The notes: a model not told the origin generated them from the sequence alone. A stretch of 64,000 nucleotides of DNA from Candidatus Bathyarchaeia archaeon (GCA_038882955.1 JAVZNC010000005.1:32001-96000); one strand, 5' to 3'; counted from the stretch's first letter, positions 20,012 to 30,937 are shown. Numbers and translations: made by a program.

Positions 20012-21460
20012 ATGAAAATGTCTGACATAGGCGTGACTGTGAAAAAGAATGAAGACTTTTCAGAGTGGTACACCCAGGTAGTCGTGAAGTCTGGACTTGC
20101 GGACTACGCTCCAGTAAAGGGCTGCATGATATTCCGCGAGCTTTCCTACGCCATATGGGAAAAAATCCAAGAAATCTTCAACGCAAAAATAAAAGCAACT
20201 GGACACAAGAACGTCTATTTTCCAATGTTTATACCCGAAAGCTTCCTAAAGAAAGAGGCGGAGCACTTCGAAGGCTTCGTTCCAGAAGTTGCATGGGTTA
20301 CAATAGGTGGAAGCACACCGCTTGAAGAGAGACTTGCCATAAGACCAACTTCTGAAACGATAATGTACGCCACATACGCGAAGTGGATTAGAAGCTGGCG
20401 AGAATTGCCATTAAAGCTTAACCAGTGGAACAGTGTTGTACGATGGGAAACGAAAGCAACAAAGCTTTTCCTACGCACAAGAGAATTCCTATGGCAAGAG
20501 GGACACACAGCCCACGCCACAAAAGAAGAGGCAGACTGCGAAGTCATGGAAATTCTCGGCATGTACAGAGACTTGATGGAAAACTACTTGGCTATTCCAG
20601 TTCTCGCTGGGAGAAAAACAGAAAACGAAAAGTTCGCTGGAGCCCTCTACACAACAACGCTAGAAGCAATAATGCCAGACGGAAAAGCACTGCAGATGGG
20701 AACATCCCACCAGCTAGGCCAAAACTTTGCAAAGGTCTTCGATATAAAGTTCATAGGCGAAGACGAGAAGGAGCATTATGTTTGGCAAACTTCTTGGGGG
20801 TTCTCAACGCGGATAATAGGCGCATTGGTCATGGTTCACGGCGACGATAAAGGATTAGTTCTGCCACCCAAAATAGCGCCAACACAAGTCGTCATAATTC
20901 CAATACCCTACAAGGAAGCTGATGAAAAGACTATAATGGAAAAGGCTAAGGAGACGCTTGAGAAACTGCGGGAGAGAGGCATATCCGCAATACTTGATGA
21001 TAGGAAAGAGTACACTCCAGGATGGAAGTTCAACGACTGGGAGCTTAAGGGAGCACCGCTGAGAATAGAGATTGGACCAAGAGACATAAAGCATGGACAG
21101 TTAACGCTCGCACGAAGAGACACATTCGAAAAGGTTGTGGTGAAAGAAGAGGATGTTGTTGTCGCAGTTGAAAGGCTGCTTGACGAAATCCAGAGAAACC
21201 TTTTCAACCGAGCCAAAAAACTCCTCGAAGAAAACATAACCACAGTTAAAACTTATGATGAATTCAAAAAAGTGCTGAAAGAAAAGGGCGGATTCTTAAG
21301 GGCTTGTTGGTGTGGCAGCTCAAGCTGCGAAGAAAAAGTCAAGGAGGAAACTGGGGCAACCATCAGAGTTGTGCCCTTCGAAAAGGAAGAAACATTCGCA
21401 AACTGTATATACTGCGGAGAAAAGGCAAAAGAGGTTGTTTACTTCGCAAAATCTTATTAG
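20012..21460 (+). CDS. proS: Proline--tRNA ligase (archaeal/eukaryotic type)
   Basis: RPTSET, VRWE…FLRTREFLWQEGHT, GTSHQLGQNF, C-terminal AKSY. Confidence 0.97.
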   Translation: MKMSDIGVTVKKNEDFSEWYTQVVVKSGLADYAPVKGCMIFRELSYAIWEKIQEIFNAKIKATGHKNVYFPMFIPESFLKKEAEHFEGFVPEVAWVTIGGSTPLEERLAIRPTSETIMYATYAKWIRSWRELPLKLNQWNSVVRWETKATKLFLRTREFLWQEGHTAHATKEEADCEVMEILGMYRDLMENYLAIPVLAGRKTENEKFAGALYTTTLEAIMPDGKALQMGTSHQLGQNFAKVFDIKFIGEDEKEHYVWQTSWGFSTRIIGALVMVHGDDKGLVLPPKIAPTQVVIIPIPYKEADEKTIMEKAKETLEKLRERGISAILDDRKEYTPGWKFNDWELKGAPLRIEIGPRDIKHGQLTLARRDTFEKVVVKEEDVVVAVERLLDEIQRNLFNRAKKLLEENITTVKTYDEFKKVLKEKGGFLRACWCGSSSCEEKVKEETGATIRVVPFEKEETFANCIYCGEKAKEVVYFAKSY

Positions 21461-21475
21461 ACAAGCACTGGCACG

Positions 21476-23308
21476 CTAATCATAGAGTTTCACGCGCTTC
21501 TGAAGCTGCTTTGCAACGTTTTCCAGTCCAAGCTTCTTCAAAGTTGTCTTTTTCGGTATTCCGCGTTCGTCCCATCCGCGCTTTTTATAATATCTCTGCA
21601 GCAGAATGTCATACCGTGTTCTGTCAAGTCTTCCGCCCTTCAATGGACCCTTTGTTATTGGTTCCTCAAACCATCTTGTTGGTGGAACATCGAATTCTTT
21701 GCTCCAGTTTTTTCCGTACTCGCGAATCCAGAAGGCGCGTATCAAATTGAAGATGCGGTCTGCAATCACGTTAAAGTTGTCCCAGCTTACTTCCCAGCCA
21801 GTAGCGGCATACATGAGCTTCGTATACCATTCAAGTTCGAAACCAAGCTCAATCCATGGAAGCCTACAAACAGTCAAAGATTCGAAGATTCCTCCACGGA
21901 TGCGCTGAAACTCTATAACCTTGTCAACTTTTTCTTCACCGTAGCTCTCGCGTCCAAACTTAACCTCCCAAGAGATAACCCACGCATCCTTGTGATGCGC
22001 GCCTATGGAGCTTGTTCCATAGGCTAAAGCCATAGCTGGCGCTGTGTGGCAGTCATAAGCTGAAATTTCCAATCCCTTAACGTGCATAGCCCAGCGCTGC
22101 GAATCGCCACCAAACTTTTCAGCTGCAAAGCGGACGCCCTCCGCCAACGTGTTGCCCAAGCCACGTCTGTAGGCTATATCCTCGATTAAGGCTTGTGTTT
22201 CCTTAAATTTGCCCCACTGGATTTTTTCTTGAATTAGCTTCTTTTCTGAAGCTTCCATCGCAAATCCTATGACGTTGCCAAGCGAAATTGTGTCCAATCC
22301 AAACTCGTCTGCAGCCCTGTTAAGTGCAGCTACTTGTTTTAGGTTGCCTATTCCTATGTTTGACCCCAACATGGCAACATTTTCATAGTCAAGTTCAGAC
22401 TCTCTGCGGGTTGAGTCTTTTACAACGTTTCCACACGTCATGTTACATTGTGGGCAACCCCTATTTGCAATTTTGATTTTCTCCATTGAAAACCCGCCTA
22501 TGGCTTCAGCCTTTTCGAAGACGCCTTCACTGTAATTATATGTTGGCAAGACGCTGTTTTCTTGGCTCCACTCGATGGTCATCATCGTTCCTTGACGCTT
22601 CCAAAAAGCATAGTTTGGCTTCGTCAGAACTTCACGGTAAGCTTCCGCGCCCAACTCCTTCATAACCTTCGGATAGGCAGCAGACAATTCGCCAGAACCA
22701 ACGAAAACAACAGCCTTCAACTTCTTTGAACCCATAACCGCGCCCATGCCCGGCCTGCCGCCAGCACGACCTCCCTCACAAACGACGTTTGCAAATTTTA
22801 CAAGGTTCTCGCCGCCTTGACCTATCGTCAAGATGCCAGCAGTCCGACCATAAAACTCCCGTAACTTCTTTTCGGTATCAAAGGAGTTTAAACCCCAAAT
22901 GTCCTTTGCATCCAGAAACTCAACGCTTCTATCTTGGACAAGCAGCACAATGGGCTTTTCAGCTCTACCCTCAACGATGACAGCATCGTAGCCCGCCTTA
23001 CGCATTTGAACAGCTGCTTGAGAACCAACGTTGCCATCACCATAACCATTGGTTAACGGACTTTTTGCAGCCACAACAAGCTTTCCGCTGCTGGGCAAGG
23101 CAAAACCAGTTAAAGGTCCAGCGGCAAAAACCAGTTTGTTCTGTGGCGATAACGGGTCTACTCCAGATTTGAGCTCATCCCACAAAATTTTAGCTGCAAA
23201 GCCTCTACCGCCAAGAAAACTTTTCGCAACATGCGCATCGTAAGGCTCTGCTACGGCTTTGCCCTTGCTCAAGTTCACGCGGAGAAAATTTCCAGTCCAC
23301 CCAAACAT
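21476..23308 (-). CDS. for: Tungsten-containing aldehyde ferredoxin oxidoreductase, formaldehyde:Fd oxidoreductase (FOR)-like
   Basis: KSPLTNGYGDGN, CPQCNMTC, ELDYENVAMLGSN, DEFGLDTIS, GAHHKDAW, CRLPW resemble Thermococcales FOR. Confidence 0.85.
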   Translation of the reverse strand: MFGWTGNFLRVNLSKGKAVAEPYDAHVAKSFLGGRGFAAKILWDELKSGVDPLSPQNKLVFAAGPLTGFALPSSGKLVVAAKSPLTNGYGDGNVGSQAAVQMRKAGYDAVIVEGRAEKPIVLLVQDRSVEFLDAKDIWGLNSFDTEKKLREFYGRTAGILTIGQGGENLVKFANVVCEGGRAGGRPGMGAVMGSKKLKAVVFVGSGELSAAYPKVMKELGAEAYREVLTKPNYAFWKRQGTMMTIEWSQENSVLPTYNYSEGVFEKAEAIGGFSMEKIKIANRGCPQCNMTCGNVVKDSTRRESELDYENVAMLGSNIGIGNLKQVAALNRAADEFGLDTISLGNVIGFAMEASEKKLIQEKIQWGKFKETQALIEDIAYRRGLGNTLAEGVRFAAEKFGGDSQRWAMHVKGLEISAYDCHTAPAMALAYGTSSIGAHHKDAWVISWEVKFGRESYGEEKVDKVIEFQRIRGGIFESLTVCRLPWIELGFELEWYTKLMYAATGWEVSWDNFNVIADRIFNLIRAFWIREYGKNWSKEFDVPPTRWFEEPITKGPLKGGRLDRTRYDILLQRYYKKRGWDERGIPKKTTLKKLGLENVAKQLQKRVKLYD

Positions 23309-23396
23309 AGGTTAACCATCCTGAAACATTGCATATTTATATTGCGTGAAAAGTAAATAAGATTAATGATTCATCGCAACGGCAAAGCCTAGAAAG

Positions 23397-24683
23397 CTAA
23401 ATTATCAACTTTTCAGGTTCAACTTTTCTCTCTTTTAGGCTTAAGTCGCTAACCTTAAACTTTCTACCATTATACAATGTGGCGTATTCCTCGCCATTAT
23501 AAAGTGCGGCGGCAACGCGTCCTATAGCATCAGCCTTCATTATCCCGCTTCCGCTGGCGCCACCAACAACAATCAAATCATTCTCCTCAAAAACGATGGG
23601 CAGCCCGTCCAAAGTATTAATTTCATATAAACCAGCAAAAGCATTTGTTGGACGGCAATCCCTAAACTGAGGAAAATACTTCACCAAAACCTGGTATATC
23701 CCATACTGATAAAAGTTCTTTTCAGGTTGGGGTTCATCCTCCAATTTGAAGGCTCTTGGAAAATCATCGGCATAACCAAGCCAAAATACGCCCTCATTCG
23801 GGAAGGGGCGAATCAAAACTTTCGGTTCTGGCAAAATCGTAAATGGAATGCAACCCACAGAGTTAAACCCTTTTGTGAAAAGCAATTGTTTCAAGGCTGG
23901 ACTTTTCGCTGGTACCGTAAAAAGTTGCCTCTTTTTGGGTTTAATAAAACATTCGATTCCAACAGCGTCCAAAAGTTGCGGAATCCAAGCTCCAGCAGCC
24001 AAAACCGTCTTTTTCGCCTTAATAACGCCCCTGTTCGTGTTTACGCCAGCAATTCTGGCTTCTTGCCAAAAATACGGCTCTTGAGGAATACCCAATGGCT
24101 CACATGGCTCGACAATGAGGTTTTCCACGTTCACGCCATACTCAATTCTTCCGCCCAACTTCAAAAATTCATCCTCATAAAACTTGACAAGACAATCAGC
24201 GTCCATTGTGCCAGCCTTTGGAATGAAAATTCCCTTGTGAACATTTCCCAGACGCATCAAGCAAGCCTCATCATCGCCACTCAAATCTGTCCGCAAACAT
24301 AGCCTACGCGCCAAATCCTCAGCATCATGCTCCTCATACACGAAACCTTTGTCCGTCAACCCCTTCAAAACAGGAAAAACCTCACCATAACTCTTCTCGT
24401 CCAAAAGCCACAAGTAACCAGCCCACAAGAGCTTCAAATCAACTTTCAAATCTTCTTGCACGTGACGGTAAAACTCGACAGAGGAATCAGCAAGCACATA
24501 ATTAGTGTAGGAAGAAAACAAGCATCGAAAGGCGGAAGCGCTTTTGGCTGTGCTGCCCTGACCAGCAGCATTAAACTTGTCAACCACAAGAACACGCAGG
24601 CTAGGATTCGCAGTTTTTATGTGATAGGCGGTTGACAAACCAATAACGCCCGCACCAACGACGAGAACATCGCATTCCGCCAT
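23397..24683 (-). CDS. FAD-dependent oxidoreductase (DadA/sarcosine oxidase beta/proline dehydrogenase beta family)
   Basis: GAGVIGLS dinucleotide fold, GQGST.KSA, AAGAW, GSGIMKA. Confidence 0.85.
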   Translation of the reverse strand: MAECDVLVVGAGVIGLSTAYHIKTANPSLRVLVVDKFNAAGQGSTAKSASAFRCLFSSYTNYVLADSSVEFYRHVQEDLKVDLKLLWAGYLWLLDEKSYGEVFPVLKGLTDKGFVYEEHDAEDLARRLCLRTDLSGDDEACLMRLGNVHKGIFIPKAGTMDADCLVKFYEDEFLKLGGRIEYGVNVENLIVEPCEPLGIPQEPYFWQEARIAGVNTNRGVIKAKKTVLAAGAWIPQLLDAVGIECFIKPKKRQLFTVPAKSPALKQLLFTKGFNSVGCIPFTILPEPKVLIRPFPNEGVFWLGYADDFPRAFKLEDEPQPEKNFYQYGIYQVLVKYFPQFRDCRPTNAFAGLYEINTLDGLPIVFEENDLIVVGGASGSGIMKADAIGRVAAALYNGEEYATLYNGRKFKVSDLSLKERKVEPEKLII

Positions 24684-24845
24684 ACTTCCACCTCAAGCAG
24701 ACAGAAGTTAAAAGGACATAAGCATTACTATAAAACTTTGGCGTCTATCAGATGTCAAAGTGCACTTACATTTTCAAAGAGAATACTTATTTATCTCTAT
24801 GAAATATGAAATACAGCATCAACCACTTCCCACGAGGAAACAAAC

Positions 24846-26552
24846 ATGCGACTTAAAAACGATGTTAAGGCAATATCAACCATTATGGTAATAATTTTAA
24901 TGATTATATCTGCAATTTTCGGCGGTATAACAACCTACATGTTCGCGATATACCCATTCATAGCAGTGCCAGAAAAAACCACCATAACAATAACGGGCTT
25001 TTATTTTGACCCAGCAAATGCTTCAACATTCAAGATTAGCGTTTTAAACCCGTCCTATTCGCCGACAAACGCAACTATAACAGGAATAGCCCTAAGCGTA
25101 AAGGGAGAATCACAACTTTACGACGTTACCGAAACAAATCCGTCGATAGCCAATGGCATAGTAATCCAAAGTGGAGAAACATTGAACATAACATGCACAA
25201 AAGTTTACAAAGATTCCGGCAACATAAGTTGGGGGAGATTAGCCGGAGAACTCGCTGGAAAAACCATAATAGTTCATGTATTTTCATCAGATTCATCAGC
25301 TGCAAATATTGAGGCCACATTACCATTTGTTGAACTTGACATAGGCGCAAATTTTGACCCCGCTGTTTCGTTTAAAAACTTTAGCATAACTCTAACCAAT
25401 AACCCCAACTCAACAGTTAACCTAACGGTAAACAACATTTGGGGATTCCCATTTGATGTAACTTTTGAGTCACCGCTGCCGCAAATGATTCAAAATGGTG
25501 CATCAGTACAATTCAATTGCACTGGAAATTGGCATGGAATAATGAGTTTTAATCTAATTGTTAACACGGAAGAGGGATACAGTTTCATTAAAAACGTCAC
25601 AACTTCGCAAGTTTTTTGTTCAATTCAATCTGTAAACTTCAATGAGGACTATACTGATCATTTCAATGTTACAATATCCAACGATGAAAAATCGGCTAGT
25701 TATGCCAATATAAGTAGGATTGAATGCCTCCTTGAAAATGGTACGCTTATTAAAAGAAGCTTCACCGGAGAAAGCATATTGCCAAATTCTTCACAAACTC
25801 TCAAGTTTGATTGGAATTGGACCGCGTACAGAGAAAAGGAAATTAATGTGACGGTCTTTTTCACGCAAGACTTTGAAACAAGCACGGTTGTAACTACGCC
25901 CTCGCCAATAATAATTAAAGTTTTGAATGTTGAGAATACATTTAGGCTGCAAGATACGACTCACTTTAACATTACATTACAGAATCATCCATCTTCATTA
26001 GACGATGTAAATGTAACAAAAATCTTGGTCAACGAAACTGGAGAAATAATTAACGGAACTCTTGCCAGTCCAGAGTTGCCCTATCTGCTTCGTAAAGGAC
26101 AACAAGAATCCTTTTACTGTAATATCAGTGACTGGACGGCAAACTGGACCGAAAAAGTTGAGAGAAAACTAACGTTAACGGTTTATGCTGTAACAAGCAA
26201 TTCCAGTGAATATTTATTTAATTTTACGTTTACGCTCCCAGCAGCAGAATTGAAGATTATCAGCGTTGAACAATTGGAAATTTGTGGAACAAAATACTTG
26301 AATGTGACAATCCAGAATATGGATTATTCCGTTTGGAACCTAACAATTTCTAAATTGAAAATAATCATCGGGGACGATATGCAATCGCTGGAACAGATAT
26401 TTCCAAGCGACCAGACAATACTTACGAGAGGACAGAGTGCTACATTGTTCTGTTTGTTCGATTGGAGCAAATACTCAGGGAAAAATATAACCATAAAAGT
26501 TGTGACAACAGAGGGAATAGAAACGGCACCATATACGTATAACATTTACTAG
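24846..26552 (+). CDS. Secreted/surface protein with archaeal class III (pilin-like) signal peptide and repeated beta-sandwich domains
   Basis: N-terminus KA|IS followed by hydrophobic helix; five F/LxxT/SxxN repeats; many N-x-S/T sequons; visibly AT-rich. Confidence 0.7.
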   Translation: MRLKNDVKAISTIMVIILMIISAIFGGITTYMFAIYPFIAVPEKTTITITGFYFDPANASTFKISVLNPSYSPTNATITGIALSVKGESQLYDVTETNPSIANGIVIQSGETLNITCTKVYKDSGNISWGRLAGELAGKTIIVHVFSSDSSAANIEATLPFVELDIGANFDPAVSFKNFSITLTNNPNSTVNLTVNNIWGFPFDVTFESPLPQMIQNGASVQFNCTGNWHGIMSFNLIVNTEEGYSFIKNVTTSQVFCSIQSVNFNEDYTDHFNVTISNDEKSASYANISRIECLLENGTLIKRSFTGESILPNSSQTLKFDWNWTAYREKEINVTVFFTQDFETSTVVTTPSPIIIKVLNVENTFRLQDTTHFNITLQNHPSSLDDVNVTKILVNETGEIINGTLASPELPYLLRKGQQESFYCNISDWTANWTEKVERKLTLTVYAVTSNSSEYLFNFTFTLPAAELKIISVEQLEICGTKYLNVTIQNMDYSVWNLTISKLKIIIGDDMQSLEQIFPSDQTILTRGQSATLFCLFDWSKYSGKNITIKVVTTEGIETAPYTYNIY

Positions 26553-26590
26553 ATTTTCCATAAGCTTTATTTCTTTTTCCTCGCAAAGCA

Positions 26591-27817
26591 ATGATTCTCG
26601 GATGGGTAAACTTGGCTAATATAAAAGTTACAGAACGTGTGCGCACCATAGAATATGCCATTCGTGACGTCATTGTTTATGCGCGGGAATTAGCAAAGAC
26701 TGGGAAAAAGATTTACTACTTAAACATTGGCGACCCAGTCGCGTTTGATTTTGATACACCTAAGCATATTAAACGGGCTTTGTTTGAGGCTGTTGAAAGC
26801 GGCGCGAATGCTTATTCGCCTTCTGAGGGTTTGCCTGAGCTTAGGCAAGCTATATGCGACAAGGAAAAGCGTGTTAACGGCGTTGATGTTTCCGCTGAGG
26901 ATGTTATTGTTACTTCTGGAATTTCTGAGGGTATTCAGATGGTTATGGCTGCACTTATCGATAGCGGGGATGAAATTCTTCTTCCAGGTCCCACTTATCC
27001 GCCATACATTTCTTATGCCAAGTTTTTCGGCGGTAAGCCCGTAACTTACGAGACCGTTGAGGACAATGGCTGGCAGCCTAACATTGAAGATTTGAGGCGC
27101 AAAATCTCAAAGAGGACTCGTGGAATAGTTGTTATAAATCCCAACAATCCATGTGGCGCACTTTATGAAGAGAAAACCATAAAGCAAATTTTGGATTTGG
27201 CTGGCGAGTTTGGACTCCCAGTATTGTCAGATGAAATCTATGACCAGTTAACTTTTGAAAAACGTTTTGTCAGCACTGCGCGCTTGGCTAATAGTATTCC
27301 AGTTGTTGGGCTTAATGGTTTTTCAAAGGCTTATCTTATGACTGGGTGGAGGCTCGGCTACATTTACTTTCACGATGAGAATGGCGAACTGGAAGAGCTA
27401 AAGCAGTGCATCGAAAAAGAAGCGAGAATAAGGCTATGCGCAAACACGCCCGTCCAGAAAGCTGGAGTAGCAGCGTTAAACGGACCGCAAGACCACATCA
27501 GAGAGCTTGTTGGTAAGCTTAGACAGAGAAGAGACTATGTGTTGAAAAGGTTAAGCCAGATAGAGGGCATGAGTTGCGCGAAGCCTGAAGGCGCCTTTTA
27601 CGTTTTCCCGAAGATTCATGGTGTGGGACAAAAGTGGAAAAGTGATGCAGAGTTTGTCCTTGAGCTTTTAAAGGAGACTGGCGTGCTTTTCGTGCATGGT
27701 TCTGGTTTTGACCCAGTTTACGGTGCTGATCACTTTAGAAGCGTTTTCCTTCCGCCGATTGACGTGCTTGAGCAAGCCTTTAACGAAGTTGAGCGTTTCA
27801 TGGAGAAGAATAAATAG
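26591..27817 (+). CDS. Class I/II PLP aminotransferase (alanine aminotransferase AlaA-like)
   Basis: IEYAIRD, LNIGDP, INPNNPCG, SDEIYD, NGFSKAYLMTGWRLGY; probable start TTG 26612. Confidence 0.9.
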   Translation: MILGWVNLANIKVTERVRTIEYAIRDVIVYARELAKTGKKIYYLNIGDPVAFDFDTPKHIKRALFEAVESGANAYSPSEGLPELRQAICDKEKRVNGVDVSAEDVIVTSGISEGIQMVMAALIDSGDEILLPGPTYPPYISYAKFFGGKPVTYETVEDNGWQPNIEDLRRKISKRTRGIVVINPNNPCGALYEEKTIKQILDLAGEFGLPVLSDEIYDQLTFEKRFVSTARLANSIPVVGLNGFSKAYLMTGWRLGYIYFHDENGELEELKQCIEKEARIRLCANTPVQKAGVAALNGPQDHIRELVGKLRQRRDYVLKRLSQIEGMSCAKPEGAFYVFPKIHGVGQKWKSDAEFVLELLKETGVLFVHGSGFDPVYGADHFRSVFLPPIDVLEQAFNEVERFMEKNK

Positions 27818-27840
27818 GGAGAATAGGGCTAAGCGCTATA

Positions 27841-28731
27841 CTAGCTGTATATTGGTGTTCCTTCCTTCGGGTCTTGAACCATCTTCATAAATTCTTCCAT
27901 AAGCCTTCTCGTCACTGGTCCAGGCTTGCCTTCGCCGATAACTCTTTTGTTTATTTCCTTGACTGGCACAATTTCTGCGGCTGTTCCCGTGAAGAAAACC
28001 TCGTCCGCGTTAAACAACTCGTAAGGCGTTATGTTCTTCTCCACGACTTCGTATCCGAGTTTTTTGGCGAGGTTAATTACTGCTTCGGCGGTTATTCCTG
28101 GAAGCGCTCCAGTATAGCTTGGAGGTGTGAAGATTTTGCGTCCTTTTACTATGAATATGTTTTCTGCCACGCCTTCGCAGATGAAGCCGTTTTTGTCGAG
28201 GCATATGGCTTCGTCTACGCCGCTTATGTTTGCTTCGATTTTTGCGAGTATGCTGTTTAGGTAGTTGAGCGATTTTATTTCGTGTGTCGTTGCGTCTACA
28301 GGGTCTCTTTTAACCCATGAAATCATGGCTGTTATTCCGTTTTCTTTGGCTTCTGTTTTCAGTAGCTTTATCGTGTCTGCTATGACTATTATTGTTGGTT
28401 TTTGGCATTTTCTCGGGTCTAGTCCCAAGTCGCCAATGCCTCTCGTGACTATTAGGCGTATGTAGGCGTCCTTTAGCTTGTTTTTGCGCAGTGTTTCTAA
28501 GACGATTTTCATCATTTCCTCTTTTGGTGCTGGAATTTGCAGCATTATGGTGTGTGCGGAGCGGTAAAGCCTATCTATGTGCTCTTTAAGTTTAAAGACA
28601 ACGCCGTTGTATGCGCGGATTCCTTCGAATATTCCGTCGCCGTAAAGGAGACCGTGGTCGTAAACTGAGATTTTTGCTTGAGACTTTGGGTAGTATTCAC
28701 CGTCGATATAAACGAGAAGTTCTCTTTCCAA
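27841..28731 (-). CDS. ilvE: Branched-chain amino acid aminotransferase
   Basis: [45 protein letters not shown]. Confidence 0.95.
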   Translation of the reverse strand: MERELLVYIDGEYYPKSQAKISVYDHGLLYGDGIFEGIRAYNGVVFKLKEHIDRLYRSAHTIMLQIPAPKEEMMKIVLETLRKNKLKDAYIRLIVTRGIGDLGLDPRKCQKPTIIVIADTIKLLKTEAKENGITAMISWVKRDPVDATTHEIKSLNYLNSILAKIEANISGVDEAICLDKNGFICEGVAENIFIVKGRKIFTPPSYTGALPGITAEAVINLAKKLGYEVVEKNITPYELFNADEVFFTGTAAEIVPVKEINKRVIGEGKPGPVTRRLMEEFMKMVQDPKEGTPIYS

Positions 28732-28817
28732 TTGGTGTCTCCCCTAGACTAGAAGATTAGCTATCGACTTTTGGGTTTGATATATTTTTTGCAAAAATTT
28801 GCCTTTTCACAATATTG

Positions 28818-30686
28818 TTAGCCGTAGAACTGCGGTCTCTTCGAAAGGTATGTTGGAAGCGGCAGCGGCTTAAAGGGTTTAGCTCCAACCTCCCTTTCAA
28901 TTTCCTTTACTAGTTCTTCAAGTTTCATGTTTCGTATTTCTCCAGCTTTTCTGTCCCTAACTGGGAGCGTTTCTGATTGCGCTTCCTTTTGTCCCAAAAC
29001 GATTATGTACGGAACCCACTCCATTTCGGCTTCGCGAATTCTCTTCTGCAATGTCATTGCCCTATCATCTATGTCATAGCGTATACAATGTGCCTCCAAT
29101 TTTTTCCCAAGTTTTTCTGCGTGTTCAAGGTGGCTTGTTGACATTGGGATTATGCGAACTTGTGTCGGCGAAAGCCAAAGCGGAAGCATTGGCGGTTTGC
29201 CGTTTTGTTGGTCTTTGTAGGCTTTTTCGAGCAATGCGTACACGCATCTTTCGATGGCTCCGCTTGGTGAACAATGCAAAATCAGCGGATAACGCCTTTC
29301 GCCCTTCTCGTCGACGAATGTTATGTCGTATCTTTTGGCGTTTTCTATGTCGATTTGGTCTGTTGAAAGGGCTGCAGCCTTGTCTTGGTTATCAACAAAG
29401 TTGAAGTCCCATTTTAGTGTGAAGTAGAAGAAGCGTTCCTCCCACATCTCCACAAGCGCGGGTTTGCCGAAAATTTTCACCAGAGACTCCACAAAATTCC
29501 TGTTTTCCTTGTAAAAGTCCTTTGTGAAACGTATTGCCACTTCGTAAGCCTCTTTCGGCAAGCCTATTGCTTCCAAAACTTCTATGCAAAGCTTAAACCT
29601 AACAATGAATTCGCTTTTAGCTTGTTCGAGGTCTTTGCAGAAGGCGTGGCAGTCTGGCATTGTGAAGGCTCTTAGGCGTCTTAAGCCCACAACCTCGCCG
29701 CTTTTTTCGCGTCTAAAGCTGTAGCGTGTCAGTTCGTAAACTTTTAGGGGCATATGCCTATAAGAGAACTGTGTGTCATGAACCATGAGGAACTGCCCAA
29801 AGCACGCAGCGAAACGCAGGAAAAGCTCTTTGTCTTCCGATTTTAGCAGGTACTGTCTTGCTGGAAAACGGTTTATGTAGTCGGCTAGGCTTGGATGTTG
29901 AAAATCGTACATTACTGGAGTTTCAACTTCCATGGCGCCGTACTCTATCATTTTGGCTGTCACAAACTGCTCAAGAAGCGACTTGATTAATCGTCCCTTC
30001 GGATACCACCTTATGTTTCCAGGGTCGCTTCCAAACTCGTAATCCGCTATTTCAAGCCTCTTCATTAAAGGAACATGCGGAGGCATCTGCTGACTTGCCC
30101 TAACCTTCGAAACTTCATACTTCATGAACTTTTCAAGGTTTTCATGCCCCTTAAAATCGAATTCTTCAACTGGAACCATTTTGCCGTCTGGCTGAAGAAT
30201 ATACCAATATGACTTCAGCTTTTCTTCAGCTTTCACTGCTTCGGATACACGTTCTTCCTTCTCCGCCTTTTCCGCTTCTGGGAGGAAAACACGCGACTGT
30301 TCTGCAAGTGGGTGCCCTTTTATCGCAATTGTGAACTGTTTGTTCCAGCCGAAAGGTGCACGGTAAGTTTCTAAACCCTTTTCTTTCGCGTATGCCTCCA
30401 TGGCTTTAATTACTTTTAACGCTTCTGAGGGTTTTGCGAGGTTGCTGCTTAAGTGGGCGTATGGATAAATCAATATGCGGTTCACTTTGAGTTTTTCGAG
30501 GAAGGCGTAAACTTCGTCTATTGCCTTTTTCGCTAAGGCGGTGTTGTCGCCCTCTTCAACCGCCGTGAAAAGAACAACTATTTCTTCTAGGCGTGTTTTC
30601 TTCTTTTCTGCCTCTTCAGCCATGGCTATTTCTTTTTGTATTGGCTGAAACTCGATGAAGTCGGAGTGCAACTGTAATATCCGCAT
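28818..30686 (-). CDS. thrS: Threonine--tRNA ligase (archaeal type with N-terminal editing domain)
   Basis: MRILQLH, YPYAHLS, PFGWNK, RFAACFG, LRRLRAFTMPDCH, HCSPSGAIER; start placed at ATG 30686. Confidence 0.96.
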   Translation of the reverse strand: MRILQLHSDFIEFQPIQKEIAMAEEAEKKKTRLEEIVVLFTAVEEGDNTALAKKAIDEVYAFLEKLKVNRILIYPYAHLSSNLAKPSEALKVIKAMEAYAKEKGLETYRAPFGWNKQFTIAIKGHPLAEQSRVFLPEAEKAEKEERVSEAVKAEEKLKSYWYILQPDGKMVPVEEFDFKGHENLEKFMKYEVSKVRASQQMPPHVPLMKRLEIADYEFGSDPGNIRWYPKGRLIKSLLEQFVTAKMIEYGAMEVETPVMYDFQHPSLADYINRFPARQYLLKSEDKELFLRFAACFGQFLMVHDTQFSYRHMPLKVYELTRYSFRREKSGEVVGLRRLRAFTMPDCHAFCKDLEQAKSEFIVRFKLCIEVLEAIGLPKEAYEVAIRFTKDFYKENRNFVESLVKIFGKPALVEMWEERFFYFTLKWDFNFVDNQDKAAALSTDQIDIENAKRYDITFVDEKGERRYPLILHCSPSGAIERCVYALLEKAYKDQQNGKPPMLPLWLSPTQVRIIPMSTSHLEHAEKLGKKLEAHCIRYDIDDRAMTLQKRIREAEMEWVPYIIVLGQKEAQSETLPVRDRKAGEIRNMKLEELVKEIEREVGAKPFKPLPLPTYLSKRPQFYG

Positions 30687-30703
30687 TTCACAATCACCCT
30701 GCT

Positions 30704-30913
30704 TTAGCCCATGTGCCGCCACTTTTCAAGCTGCTTATCCTTCTTTGTACGCTTTTTATACTCCTTATAATGTTCCTTACAAAGATAAGCGCGTCTACCC
30801 TCAGCATTCACATTCAAGCCAGAAGACCTTACCTTATCTAGGGAAAGCGAGCGAACCGCCTCCTTGCCGCATCCAGAAACGTTGCATTTTACGCCTTTGT
30901 CGATACGCCCCAA
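30704..30913 (-). CDS. Small basic zinc-finger protein (CxxxxC…CxxH)
   Basis: MGRIDKGVKCNVSGC…YLCKEHYKEYKK; GGAG SD; co-oriented between pfkB and thrS. Confidence 0.75.
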   Translation of the reverse strand: MGRIDKGVKCNVSGCGKEAVRSLSLDKVRSSGLNVNAEGRRAYLCKEHYKEYKKRTKKDKQLEKWRHMG

Positions 30914-30937
30914 CGCTAGCGTCTCCTTTTCTGAGTA

